Source of the DNA: a virus
Lineage: Duplodnaviria > Caudoviricetes
DNA: 27,611 nt
IMG/VR virus record: IMGVR_UViG_3300025132_000220
Span: 1-27,611 of that record
Reading direction: 5' to 3' (one strand)
Made by a program: the position numbers and the translations under genes. Under the pieces are notes generated by a model that did not search any database, was not told the origin of the DNA, and saw only the letters and a list, made by a program, of their open reading frames with translations. Shown in pieces: positions 6,968 through 15,287 of the stretch. Positions within the stretch are counted from its first letter, which is position 1. Each line of letters opens with the position of its first letter.

Positions 6968-8551
6968 ATGAGCGAAATAGCTGAAAGAGTAGAACAACAC
7001 ATGGCGGCTTCGGCTTTGCCACAAATGAAAATCCGCAAAGCCCCTGAGCCAGAAGGCTTAACCGGCAATGAGGACATTAATAAACCACAGCCTAAAGCTT
7101 CTGGTGTGGTACGCGCATTAGACGCCATATCTCCGAACATGGCAGAACAAGAAGAGCCAGCCCAAACTGAAGAGCCAGCTTCCGATGCCGCTCCCGCCAC
7201 AGAAGAACCACAGCAAGCAGAAGAGGTTTCAGATGCTGTGGACAGCTTTATGGATCGCCTCGGTTTTTCAAAGCCCAAGAAAGCAAAAGCAGAGCCAGAG
7301 CAACCTTCTGAGGCTGCACCAGAAGAGGCCCAAGCGGAAGAAGTTGCTGGAGAAGAACCCGCAGAAGAACCCGCAGAAGAACCCGAAGAGGAAGCCCCGG
7401 AAGAGCCAGCAAAAGCCAAGCGTAAAAGGAGAAAGAAAGAGGGCATTGACGCTGAAGAGATTAAGGAAATAATTAGAGAGACCGCACAATCTGTGGCCCA
7501 GCAGCCTGCCCCGGCAGTTGTAGAAGCCGCCCCCACTGAAAAGCCAGTGAGCCAGATTGAAGCCAAGAACAGGGCCGACCTTGAGGTCTTTTCAGAAATG
7601 GAGAAAGACCCTAAGTATGCAGGCATTAAAGATAAATACTTAGGATACCTTACTAAACTGTCACAGTATAAGACCCAGTGGTTAAAGGATAATCCTTCTT
7701 CCGAGTTCAGCATGGATGACCTAGAGCATGAAGATTTTATTTCTGGTAACCAGCCCGGTTATGAGGCTAACGATTTCACTGATGCCAGAATCACCGTAAA
7801 AGCTAGAAGCTTAATCAAAGAGCAGGAGCGGGCTTACCGGAGTGAGATAGAAGAACTGCGCTCTTCTGTTGAAGAGGGGAACATGAAGGGGGAATTGCAG
7901 GAGGCTTCCAATACTAGCGTTGCTGAAATAGTAAAGATAGCTGACGAGAACTACTTAAAGGTAGTTCAAGACGGAGGGGGAGACGCCCTCAAGGAGGCCG
8001 ACCCTGTGGCCCACGATGTACTTAATGAGGTTTTAGCTTCTAATGAAAAAGCCTTATATGAACTTGAAAAGCTTACTCACCCCTCTAAAAAGTTTAGGCT
8101 TAATGTGAACAATGACACCCACAAAATGCTTATTGATTTTGCAATAAAGAAAGAGCAGGACATCTCTAAGCTTCCTTTAGCTGACCAGATGCACGAAGGG
8201 CGTAGGTTCGCGACAACTAAACAGTGGTCAGAAATGAATGAGTCACAGCGTTTAGGGTACTGGCATTTACAGCCAGAGCATATAAAGGCCATGTATATAT
8301 CTGACGTAGGAAGTGAGGCTAAAAGCCGCATAGATAAACAAAGGGATATATTTGACAAGTATGTTCAACATAAGTCCGGGCAAAAAAGTTCCCCAAAGAA
8401 AAACGGAGAAGTTAAAAACACTCAACAAAAGCGGGCTAAAACCAACCCTCCATCAACAGCGGGAGAGGCAGTAACTGCCACAGGGGGAAACCCCTCTACT
8501 ACTGTAGACATGGGTGATAATAAAAAAATGCATAAGCGTCTATGGGGATGA
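6968..8551 (+). CDS. Probable capsid scaffolding protein
   Basis: 527 aa, directly upstream of the capsid gene. Acidic E/P/A-rich disordered N-terminus, coiled-coil core, basic C-terminal tail, no Cys. Confidence 0.7.
   Translation: MSEIAERVEQHMAASALPQMKIRKAPEPEGLTGNEDINKPQPKASGVVRALDAISPNMAEQEEPAQTEEPASDAAPATEEPQQAEEVSDAVDSFMDRLGFSKPKKAKAEPEQPSEAAPEEAQAEEVAGEEPAEEPAEEPEEEAPEEPAKAKRKRRKKEGIDAEEIKEIIRETAQSVAQQPAPAVVEAAPTEKPVSQIEAKNRADLEVFSEMEKDPKYAGIKDKYLGYLTKLSQYKTQWLKDNPSSEFSMDDLEHEDFISGNQPGYEANDFTDARITVKARSLIKEQERAYRSEIEELRSSVEEGNMKGELQEASNTSVAEIVKIADENYLKVVQDGGGDALKEADPVAHDVLNEVLASNEKALYELEKLTHPSKKFRLNVNNDTHKMLIDFAIKKEQDISKLPLADQMHEGRRFATTKQWSEMNESQRLGYWHLQPEHIKAMYISDVGSEAKSRIDKQRDIFDKYVQHKSGQKSSPKKNGEVKNTQQKRAKTNPPSTAGEAVTATGGNPSTTVDMGDNKKMHKRLWG
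7352..7385 (+). repeat. 12-nt tandem repeat GAAGAACCCGCA x~2.8 (EEPA repeats)
   Basis: Direct reading. Lies within the scaffold low-complexity region. Confidence 0.8.
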
Positions 8552-8557
8552 TACAAT
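8549..8557 (+). promoter_or_regulatory. Putative extended -10 (TG-A-TACAAT) for the capsid gene
   Basis: Overlaps the scaffold stop codon. Followed by a ~45-nt leader with a small agccc/gggct stem and AAGGA before ATG 8609. Confidence 0.35.
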
Positions 8558-8608
8558 ATGCTTTTCAGCCCAATTGTTGAAGGGCTTTTAAAAAGGAAAC
8601 AATAAATT

Positions 8609-10537
8609 ATGAGCGCAGGAGCAACTATACCGGGCGTATCAAGCGGCACGGTTTTTAAAGAAAACAATAATCCGAATAGTGTGGCTATTTGGAATAACTA
8701 CGACACGTGTGGAACAATGACACGTGCTGATGTGGGTCTGGCAGAATCTGCTGATCTTGATGCAATATTCACAGACTCAGGTGGAACCAACAACATGGGT
8801 AACTTTGACAGATACCGCGACATGGAGAGCCTTCTGGTGACTCAGATGGAACTCAAAACTTGCGGTGGCCGTCAGTACGGTATGTATGATTGGTTGATGT
8901 CTGGTGCTAAGTCAATGGGTTCTGGTGTTACTAAGCGCAGTGTTGCGGGAGGGGCCAGTGAAATTGAGCCATTTATCTTGGCGGCACAAAAAGACACAAT
9001 CAAAGACAATTACTGGATTGTTGATAGGTTACTAGACCACCAATACAAGTTTGAAACAAGTGCCAGCACTAGCTCACTTACTTTAGCACCGGGTGGGGCA
9101 ATAACTCACAGCCCTGCACTCCACGCTAGTGCAGCAAATGCTGGAGCTAACTTTGTTATTCGGCTTAAAAGGTCAAACACCAACCAAACTAATAGCATAG
9201 GTTATTTCAAGCCGGGAACCACAATTAACTATTTTTCTAAAATAAGTAATACTGGGGCTGCATACCGGGTTGCTTTTAAGATAGTATCTGCTGTTCCCGC
9301 TACTGTTAGTAGTGTGGATTATGTTGATGTTGGTGTTAAGTACCTAAGTGGATGGGGTGCTGGCTCAGACATTGGATCAACATTTGCTTTCGGAGACGGA
9401 ACTCATGCTTCTAAGATTGGCGCATATGACACAGGCGGTTCTGGCGTATGTGTTCTTGGTGCTAACAATGTTAACGATTTTGAGTATTGGTGCGAACAGC
9501 GTCCTGCTCTTAATACGTTAAAGCACGTTCCTTTTTGGTATCAAACATCTCGCCACTCTCTTTGTGTTTCTGAATTCTACAAAGAGTGGCTAGAGCGGAT
9601 GATGAGAACAAACGCATTCTTCAATAAGTTTGGAGATGTATCACTTGCGGAGCGTAATGCTCAATTAGGATTAATGCACCAGAAAGAGTGGACTAACTCA
9701 TTCTTCTGGGGTCAGCCTATTAGCAGCAAGCAAACACTTGCAGACTACAAGGAACTGGATGTTATCCAGTCAGTTGATAGTTCTACCTTCGCCGCAGGGT
9801 CTGATATTGAAGGAGCCGCAATTGGTTATCGCGCCAACGCAGTTGGTGTATACCGCCAATTGGCAGACACTGGCCGTGTTTTTGACAGCAGCGGAGCAAC
9901 ATTGAAGTTGGATGAACTTTTAGAGACTCACATCTTTAATATTGTTCGTTCGCGTAAGGATCAAGGCAAGCCTGCTGATTCTATTGACTTGTTCACGGAT
10001 TCAAGAACAGCGAAGAACATCTTTAACGCAATGGTTAAGTACTACGCTGTAGAAGGCGGTGGAACTGTTGACGGTAACAACGCTCTGACTAATGCTGGCG
10101 CGTTACGGATGAACTACGACATCACCAACAAGAACATCTCTGATCTGGGATTCTATGCACAGTCTTACAAGTTGCATTACCCAGCCGGGGTGACACTCAA
10201 CGTGATCACTAATGAGTTCTTTGATGACATGGTTACTGCAACTGAAGCAGGAACCGCTGAGACAGGAAACACTTCTAACGGTTCTATGGGAAGGTTTGCT
10301 ATGGTCTTGGATTTAGGTGGCGGTGTTTATCCCGGCATCTTGGGTTCAAATCGTGTTGTCCATAAAACTGGAGACTTGGAAGACTTAGCTAAAGTTGACC
10401 CTTCATACAAATGCGTAATGAAGAATCCAACTTCTGAGACGACCTTAAACTCCACAACGTGGACAGCAATTGTTGAGTGTCCTACAGACAACTTAATAAT
10501 TGAAAACTTTGCTGGAGACAAAGTAGACCAGACCTAG
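8609..10537 (+). CDS. Major capsid protein (large, with probable inserted domain)
   Basis: Follows the scaffold and is followed by a strong terminator. Capsid-like segments FWYQTSRHSL and EWTNSFFWGQ. 642 aa. Confidence 0.75.
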   Translation: MSAGATIPGVSSGTVFKENNNPNSVAIWNNYDTCGTMTRADVGLAESADLDAIFTDSGGTNNMGNFDRYRDMESLLVTQMELKTCGGRQYGMYDWLMSGAKSMGSGVTKRSVAGGASEIEPFILAAQKDTIKDNYWIVDRLLDHQYKFETSASTSSLTLAPGGAITHSPALHASAANAGANFVIRLKRSNTNQTNSIGYFKPGTTINYFSKISNTGAAYRVAFKIVSAVPATVSSVDYVDVGVKYLSGWGAGSDIGSTFAFGDGTHASKIGAYDTGGSGVCVLGANNVNDFEYWCEQRPALNTLKHVPFWYQTSRHSLCVSEFYKEWLERMMRTNAFFNKFGDVSLAERNAQLGLMHQKEWTNSFFWGQPISSKQTLADYKELDVIQSVDSSTFAAGSDIEGAAIGYRANAVGVYRQLADTGRVFDSSGATLKLDELLETHIFNIVRSRKDQGKPADSIDLFTDSRTAKNIFNAMVKYYAVEGGGTVDGNNALTNAGALRMNYDITNKNISDLGFYAQSYKLHYPAGVTLNVITNEFFDDMVTATEAGTAETGNTSNGSMGRFAMVLDLGGGVYPGILGSNRVVHKTGDLEDLAKVDPSYKCVMKNPTSETTLNSTTWTAIVECPTDNLIIENFAGDKVDQT

Positions 10538-10560
10538 TTTCATCTAGGGAAAGGAATTCC

Positions 10561-10594
10561 AATAGGGGCGGTTGTCAATACCGCCCCTATTTTT
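10561..10594 (+). terminator. Rho-independent terminator after the capsid gene
   Basis: aataggggcggt-tgtcaat-accgcccctatt stem followed by a T run. Confidence 0.85.
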
Positions 10595-10601
10595 ATATAC
10601 T
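10572..10601 (+). promoter_or_regulatory. Putative sigma70 promoter TTGTCA-N18-TATACT overlapping the terminator
   Basis: -35 lies in the hairpin loop (10572-10577), -10 at 10596-10601. ATG 10610 follows 8 nt later with no SD. Confidence 0.55.
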
Positions 10602-10609
10602 GATCCGGT

Positions 10610-11050
10610 ATGGCTAGTTCAAAGAAATACTATTGGAAAAAGGTACTACCAAACGCACGTGTCAAACTTTCAGCAGACCCTTTGATTTACTTGGATGTAG
10701 AGGATTTGGGGAGGTTTTCAAGCGAAGGGCATATAGGCTACTCTATTGTTGACGAGGCAACCAATAAGCTGATTGAACCTTTTGAAGGGGAATACGGAAT
10801 ATCAAAAGGCTCTAAAGAGGAGTATGATTCCTTAAAAAAAAACAATCAGTCATCAGCATCCGAGCCGCTATGGAGAGAGGAAATCAAAGGAGGCAAAGCC
10901 TCCCGATCCAAGACCGTGGCCGAAGCTGCTGTGGGGGCTAAAGAGCCTGCTGCTGCTGCTGTTCAAGAGCAAGCGCAAGCTGAACCTCTTCCAGAAGATT
11001 CCAAGCCTAAAGTAGGAAAGCGTAAAGCTACTGCTGATTCAGAAGACTAA
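10610..11050 (+). CDS. Hypothetical protein after the capsid gene, with an internal A9 slippery site
   Basis: ORF track. TTA AAA AAA AAC at 10832-10843. Confidence 0.75.
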   Translation: MASSKKYYWKKVLPNARVKLSADPLIYLDVEDLGRFSSEGHIGYSIVDEATNKLIEPFEGEYGISKGSKEEYDSLKKNNQSSASEPLWREEIKGGKASRSKTVAEAAVGAKEPAAAAVQEQAQAEPLPEDSKPKVGKRKATADSED

Positions 11051-11052
11051 GC

Positions 11053-12891
11053 ATGAAATTCACCGAACTGGTAACAGAGTTACGTAGTGACATCTGGCCC
11101 GAAGGGGTTCCAGAAAACCTTGTCGCGCCCATCAATAAAAACTTTGAGGCAGCAGTAACTCATCTCCAGCGGTATATTCCATGTCTTCAGTCCAGAAATA
11201 TCAACAGATACCCACAGTGTTCCACTTACTACCAAGGAGGGAAGACTGTCATTGACGCTCCTAAAGGGCGCATCAACAAGGTATACACAATACTAGATCA
11301 AGATGGGGACGAGGTTTATCCCGCCCTGTTTACCCAAGTAACACTAGACCAGCTTGAGTGTAACAGCCTCAAGCTGTTGTCTATGGTTTATCCTCCAAAG
11401 AATCTGGACAGGGAGCCTTTACCGATGGGCTTCAAGTACCCGGATGAAGATTCTGATTACAAGGTAAGCCGAAGCGGGACAACCAAAACCTTGCTAACAA
11501 AAAAACATGGCAGGGCTGTAATTGGTCAGTGGGCAATAGACCGTAACCGCATCTACATATCTCCTTGGATTAATTCTGACGAGATTGTTGTTGTTGAGTG
11601 GGACGGGGTAAAGACTAAGTACTCACCAGATGATGCAGTCATTGAAGACATAGACTTCAAGAGGGCTGTTAAGTTGTATGTCCAGCGCGAGTATGCCCGT
11701 GACTTTGATAACGACTATGAGCGTTACAAGTACATGAGTATGGACTTTGACACTGCAATGGGCGACTTGATCCATGAGTGCAAGAGGCAAACAGAAGTTA
11801 AGAAGACATTCTTCTGCCCAGAGGCTTATGACATTTTAGCCGTCAGGAGAAATCAGCGTTTCAATGAGGCGTTGAAAGCAACGATAACAACTGTCGCGGA
11901 AGCCGCCACAACAGAACTAGCTCCCTCTCAAGCAGTGGATGTTAGTTTTACGTTTGGAGTAATAGGAGATTACGGAGCATCAGTTGGAGGCTCTGGCTCT
12001 GCTTATGACGGGACTAATGCTAGTGCAGTGGCCACCTTGGTTAAGGGTTGGTCTCCAGAGTTTATTATTACAACTGGTGATAATAGTTATGGAGCAACCG
12101 GGGGTGATCAAAGCACTGTTACAGATTTAGATGCAAACGTAGGTCAGTGGTATTCAGACTTCATATTCCCATATGGCCAATCTGGATTGCATGGATACAC
12201 AAGCACATCTAATGCAACAACTGGCAATAGGTTTTTCCCGGCAATAGGAAACCATGATATTACTGACGCCTACGGGACAACAGATGCAGGGTTGGCCCAC
12301 TACAAAAACTATTTCACCCTGCCAAACAATGAGGAGTACTATGACTTCGTCAAAGGCCCGATTCACTTTTTCTGCTTATTCTCCAACAAGAGAACTGATA
12401 ACAGTGTATATAACGCCAAGCTAGGTGTTGGCATTACTGGGGGGCAGCATGAGTGGCTGGAGTCAAAGCTTGGGAGTAGCACATCTCACTGGAAGGTGGT
12501 TTACTTCCACCATTCTCCATACACATCAGAAACCGCAAGTGGTGGTCACGGCCCCGGAGATACAGATATGCGCTGGGATTTCTCCGGTATGGGGGCTGAT
12601 GTTGTTATCTCTGGTCACTCTCATAACTATGAGAGGATTAAGGATGCAAATGATTTTAGATACTTAGTGAACGGGGCTGGTGGTGCGCCTCTTCGCGGGA
12701 GCGGAGCAACCCTGCCTAGCGGGTACTCCTCAGAGAAATTTTACAGTACAGAAAACGGAGCTATTAAAGGAACTGTTGATGGAACTACTTTGAAGTTTGA
12801 GTTCATCAACAAGTCAGGAACCACAATAGACACATACACTTTAACTAAAGCTCTGTCTGATACGTCCACCACAAGAACAGTAACCAACTAA
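11053..12891 (+). CDS. Head-tail adaptor-like protein fused to a purple-acid-phosphatase-type metallophosphoesterase
   Basis: The N-terminus (MKFTELVTELRS...INKNFEAA...RIYISP...AVKLYV) has adaptor-like pattern and position. After a T/A/E linker, the C-terminal domain carries GDYG, GDNSY, GNHD, VYFH and GHSH, the five PAP metal-binding motifs. Confidence 0.85.
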   Translation: MKFTELVTELRSDIWPEGVPENLVAPINKNFEAAVTHLQRYIPCLQSRNINRYPQCSTYYQGGKTVIDAPKGRINKVYTILDQDGDEVYPALFTQVTLDQLECNSLKLLSMVYPPKNLDREPLPMGFKYPDEDSDYKVSRSGTTKTLLTKKHGRAVIGQWAIDRNRIYISPWINSDEIVVVEWDGVKTKYSPDDAVIEDIDFKRAVKLYVQREYARDFDNDYERYKYMSMDFDTAMGDLIHECKRQTEVKKTFFCPEAYDILAVRRNQRFNEALKATITTVAEAATTELAPSQAVDVSFTFGVIGDYGASVGGSGSAYDGTNASAVATLVKGWSPEFIITTGDNSYGATGGDQSTVTDLDANVGQWYSDFIFPYGQSGLHGYTSTSNATTGNRFFPAIGNHDITDAYGTTDAGLAHYKNYFTLPNNEEYYDFVKGPIHFFCLFSNKRTDNSVYNAKLGVGITGGQHEWLESKLGSSTSHWKVVYFHHSPYTSETASGGHGPGDTDMRWDFSGMGADVVISGHSHNYERIKDANDFRYLVNGAGGAPLRGSGATLPSGYSSEKFYSTENGAIKGTVDGTTLKFEFINKSGTTIDTYTLTKALSDTSTTRTVTN

Positions 12892-15287
12892 TGAAGTTTG
12901 ATAATATAAAGAATGTTCCCTGCATTGGGGAGAAAGCACCTGTGGTTATTGAAGACACCGAGGACGCACGTTGTTTATCTGACCCATTGTATGCAGCCAT
13001 CATGGGTGAAAACTTCTGCACCAATGCTCCAGTTATTGACGGGCTATACATAAGGCCAGCAAGTGGGGTAACGATTGGTTCGTCAGGCAACGCTCAGTTT
13101 TCTGCTTATTTAGATTTAAAGTACAAAGACGGAACCAAGAAAGCTATTGATGTAACTGAAAAAGCTGCATGGTCTTCGGCCAACTCAGCTATTGCACGAA
13201 GCTTAGGAAGCGGAGAGTTTAAAGGCGGCGAGGCCACAAACAATTTAACTGTAAAAGTTACAGCCACTTACACTCCCTCTGTTGTTGTTGATGGTGTAAC
13301 CAAAAACTACACAGACCAGTTAAGGTCAACCTCTTCTATCACAATTAAAGCTAGTTGCTATGGCAGTGCAATTGACATTGTTGTTGTTTTAGATAGAAGC
13401 GCATCAATGCTTAAAACAGATTCTGCTATCTCAGGAGAAGAGACCCGCACTGAAGCTGCCCGCGCAGCTTGCAGGCAGCTAATAAAAAACTCCAAGCTTT
13501 GGGACAGTGAAGACGAAAAGATAGTTACGTCTGGGAACACATCCGTTAACACCACTGTTGGCAAAGAAATAGATAGGATGGCGTTTGTTAGCTACGCTGG
13601 AGATGATGGGGAGAAAAGAGTTTCATTTGTTAGCGGTTTTGTTGACACAAAAACAGCGGCTCTAGGGTTGGTTGATGACGAAGAATTTTTAGTCTCTGAA
13701 GATTGTGATGGGGGGACTGGTAAACCGGGTGGCGGGTGCTGGACTAGCATAGGAGGAGGTCTTCAGTTAGCTTATGACATATTGAAAGGTGAGTCAGATG
13801 ACTATGATTTAGAAGGAGAAGTTGGGGCTAGGGTTAACCCGGCTGGGGCAAATGCTTGGCCAAGAAAACTTATCATTCTCCTTACTGATGGTTATGAAAA
13901 TGTATGTGATCCCGACCCCATAGCAGTAGCCACTGCTATACGCGCAGACAGGCTAGGACAGTCAGGCGCAACAAAAGCTCACGACACAATGATTGCTGTG
14001 GTTGGGTTCATGCTGGATTCAAGTAAGTCAATAAAGCGGTGTTCCAATAATTCTCCTAGCGGAGCTACTGTCACTGTAGAAAACTACTTAAAACTGATAG
14101 CAAACTGCTACGGCAACGACACAGCTAACGCAACCTCATTAACTTTCTTCCCCACAGACCATGACGGACTGAAGGGATTGTTTGGTGAAATCTTAAATAC
14201 AATATGCCAAGACAACACAAAAGGGACTGGGGGTTCTAATAATTCCTGCCATTACATTTCTACAACAGGGCAAGGCAAAGGAGACACCCCTCAATTAAGA
14301 GATCAGTTTGGGATAAAGAGCGGGTTAAAGAGATGGAATGTATGTAAGAACAGTATAGATTTAAGAGGTAAAGACCTATGGAACACAGCGCACCCTAATG
14401 CTGGTATGTATGTCAGTTTGATAGGTAACACTGGGTATCCTCTGCTAGATGAAGCACACTCAGGAAGCCGATGGGAATTAAAAAGTGCTTATAATCTTAA
14501 CTACACTTCAGAATGCCAAAGTGTAACAGTTCCATTTGACCACAACTTCGGCGGCATTGAAACAATAGATGAGTTCACCCTAATTAAAGATGCTCAATAT
14601 AGGTTGGTATTAAAGATGGGCGGGAACAGGGTTAAAAATAAAGCAGCTTTTCAGAATCATCACGGCCTAGACGGGGCCAAGCTGGGTAGTAGCTTTAGGG
14701 TCACAATTGGAGGAACCCAAAAAGGAGAGCTTGAAGGAGTAAGGGCGACTGACCCTAGCGTAGACGGAACCTTGGAAACTGTGGATGGCATTCCTGTTTT
14801 AGTGACAAGGAAAATTGATGGAGCGTTCTATGAATTTGCGGAAGAGGTAGACCCGGAAAGCGGACTGAAAGAATACATACTACCTTTGCCCATTGGTAAC
14901 GGAGGCTCTTACAAAATAAGAATAGAGCAGTTTCCTTATCGCTATGGAGAAGTTAACCGCAAGTTTGAGTATGTTATACCAGACGCAGAGAGAGTTAAAA
15001 TTTTCTCAGGTAATAACTGCAAGGATATAAAAGGAACACAAGAGAACCCTTTAAAAATTTCTGATTTTAGTGGGTTCACTGACGCTTTTGGGGAAGTTGT
15101 GGCTGGAGACAGGAACCAAAGCCACAAGTTTTATACCAGCGGGGCAGATGAGTTCTTAACTCCCCTCCCTTACGGAATAGTTCTGGCAGAGGTTAAGCTA
15201 CAAAAAGGAACCCAGTCAGGAAACACTTGGACTACAAGTGAAACTGTTTTTACAGAGGATTTTGAATCAGAAACTGGCGTTAACTAA
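12891..15287 (+). CDS. Virion-module protein with Ig-like (Big_2-like) domain, vWA domain and beta-rich C-terminus
   Basis: Ig-like segment AQFSAY..DVTEKAAWSSANSAIA..VTATY. MIDAS motif DIVVVLDRSASM, then TSIGGGL and IILLTDG. Confidence 0.8.
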   Translation: MKFDNIKNVPCIGEKAPVVIEDTEDARCLSDPLYAAIMGENFCTNAPVIDGLYIRPASGVTIGSSGNAQFSAYLDLKYKDGTKKAIDVTEKAAWSSANSAIARSLGSGEFKGGEATNNLTVKVTATYTPSVVVDGVTKNYTDQLRSTSSITIKASCYGSAIDIVVVLDRSASMLKTDSAISGEETRTEAARAACRQLIKNSKLWDSEDEKIVTSGNTSVNTTVGKEIDRMAFVSYAGDDGEKRVSFVSGFVDTKTAALGLVDDEEFLVSEDCDGGTGKPGGGCWTSIGGGLQLAYDILKGESDDYDLEGEVGARVNPAGANAWPRKLIILLTDGYENVCDPDPIAVATAIRADRLGQSGATKAHDTMIAVVGFMLDSSKSIKRCSNNSPSGATVTVENYLKLIANCYGNDTANATSLTFFPTDHDGLKGLFGEILNTICQDNTKGTGGSNNSCHYISTTGQGKGDTPQLRDQFGIKSGLKRWNVCKNSIDLRGKDLWNTAHPNAGMYVSLIGNTGYPLLDEAHSGSRWELKSAYNLNYTSECQSVTVPFDHNFGGIETIDEFTLIKDAQYRLVLKMGGNRVKNKAAFQNHHGLDGAKLGSSFRVTIGGTQKGELEGVRATDPSVDGTLETVDGIPVLVTRKIDGAFYEFAEEVDPESGLKEYILPLPIGNGGSYKIRIEQFPYRYGEVNRKFEYVIPDAERVKIFSGNNCKDIKGTQENPLKISDFSGFTDAFGEVVAGDRNQSHKFYTSGADEFLTPLPYGIVLAEVKLQKGTQSGNTWTTSETVFTEDFESETGVN

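Noticed and set aside
6901-7713. 270-aa minus-strand ORF (and 7185-7472 +, 7268-7489 -)
   Set aside because: Shadows of the low-complexity E/P/A-rich scaffold region, with no independent coding signal.
12115-12126. Partial palindrome copy ACTGTTACAGAT
   Set aside because: Short, mid-gene and not near a start codon, so plausible by chance.
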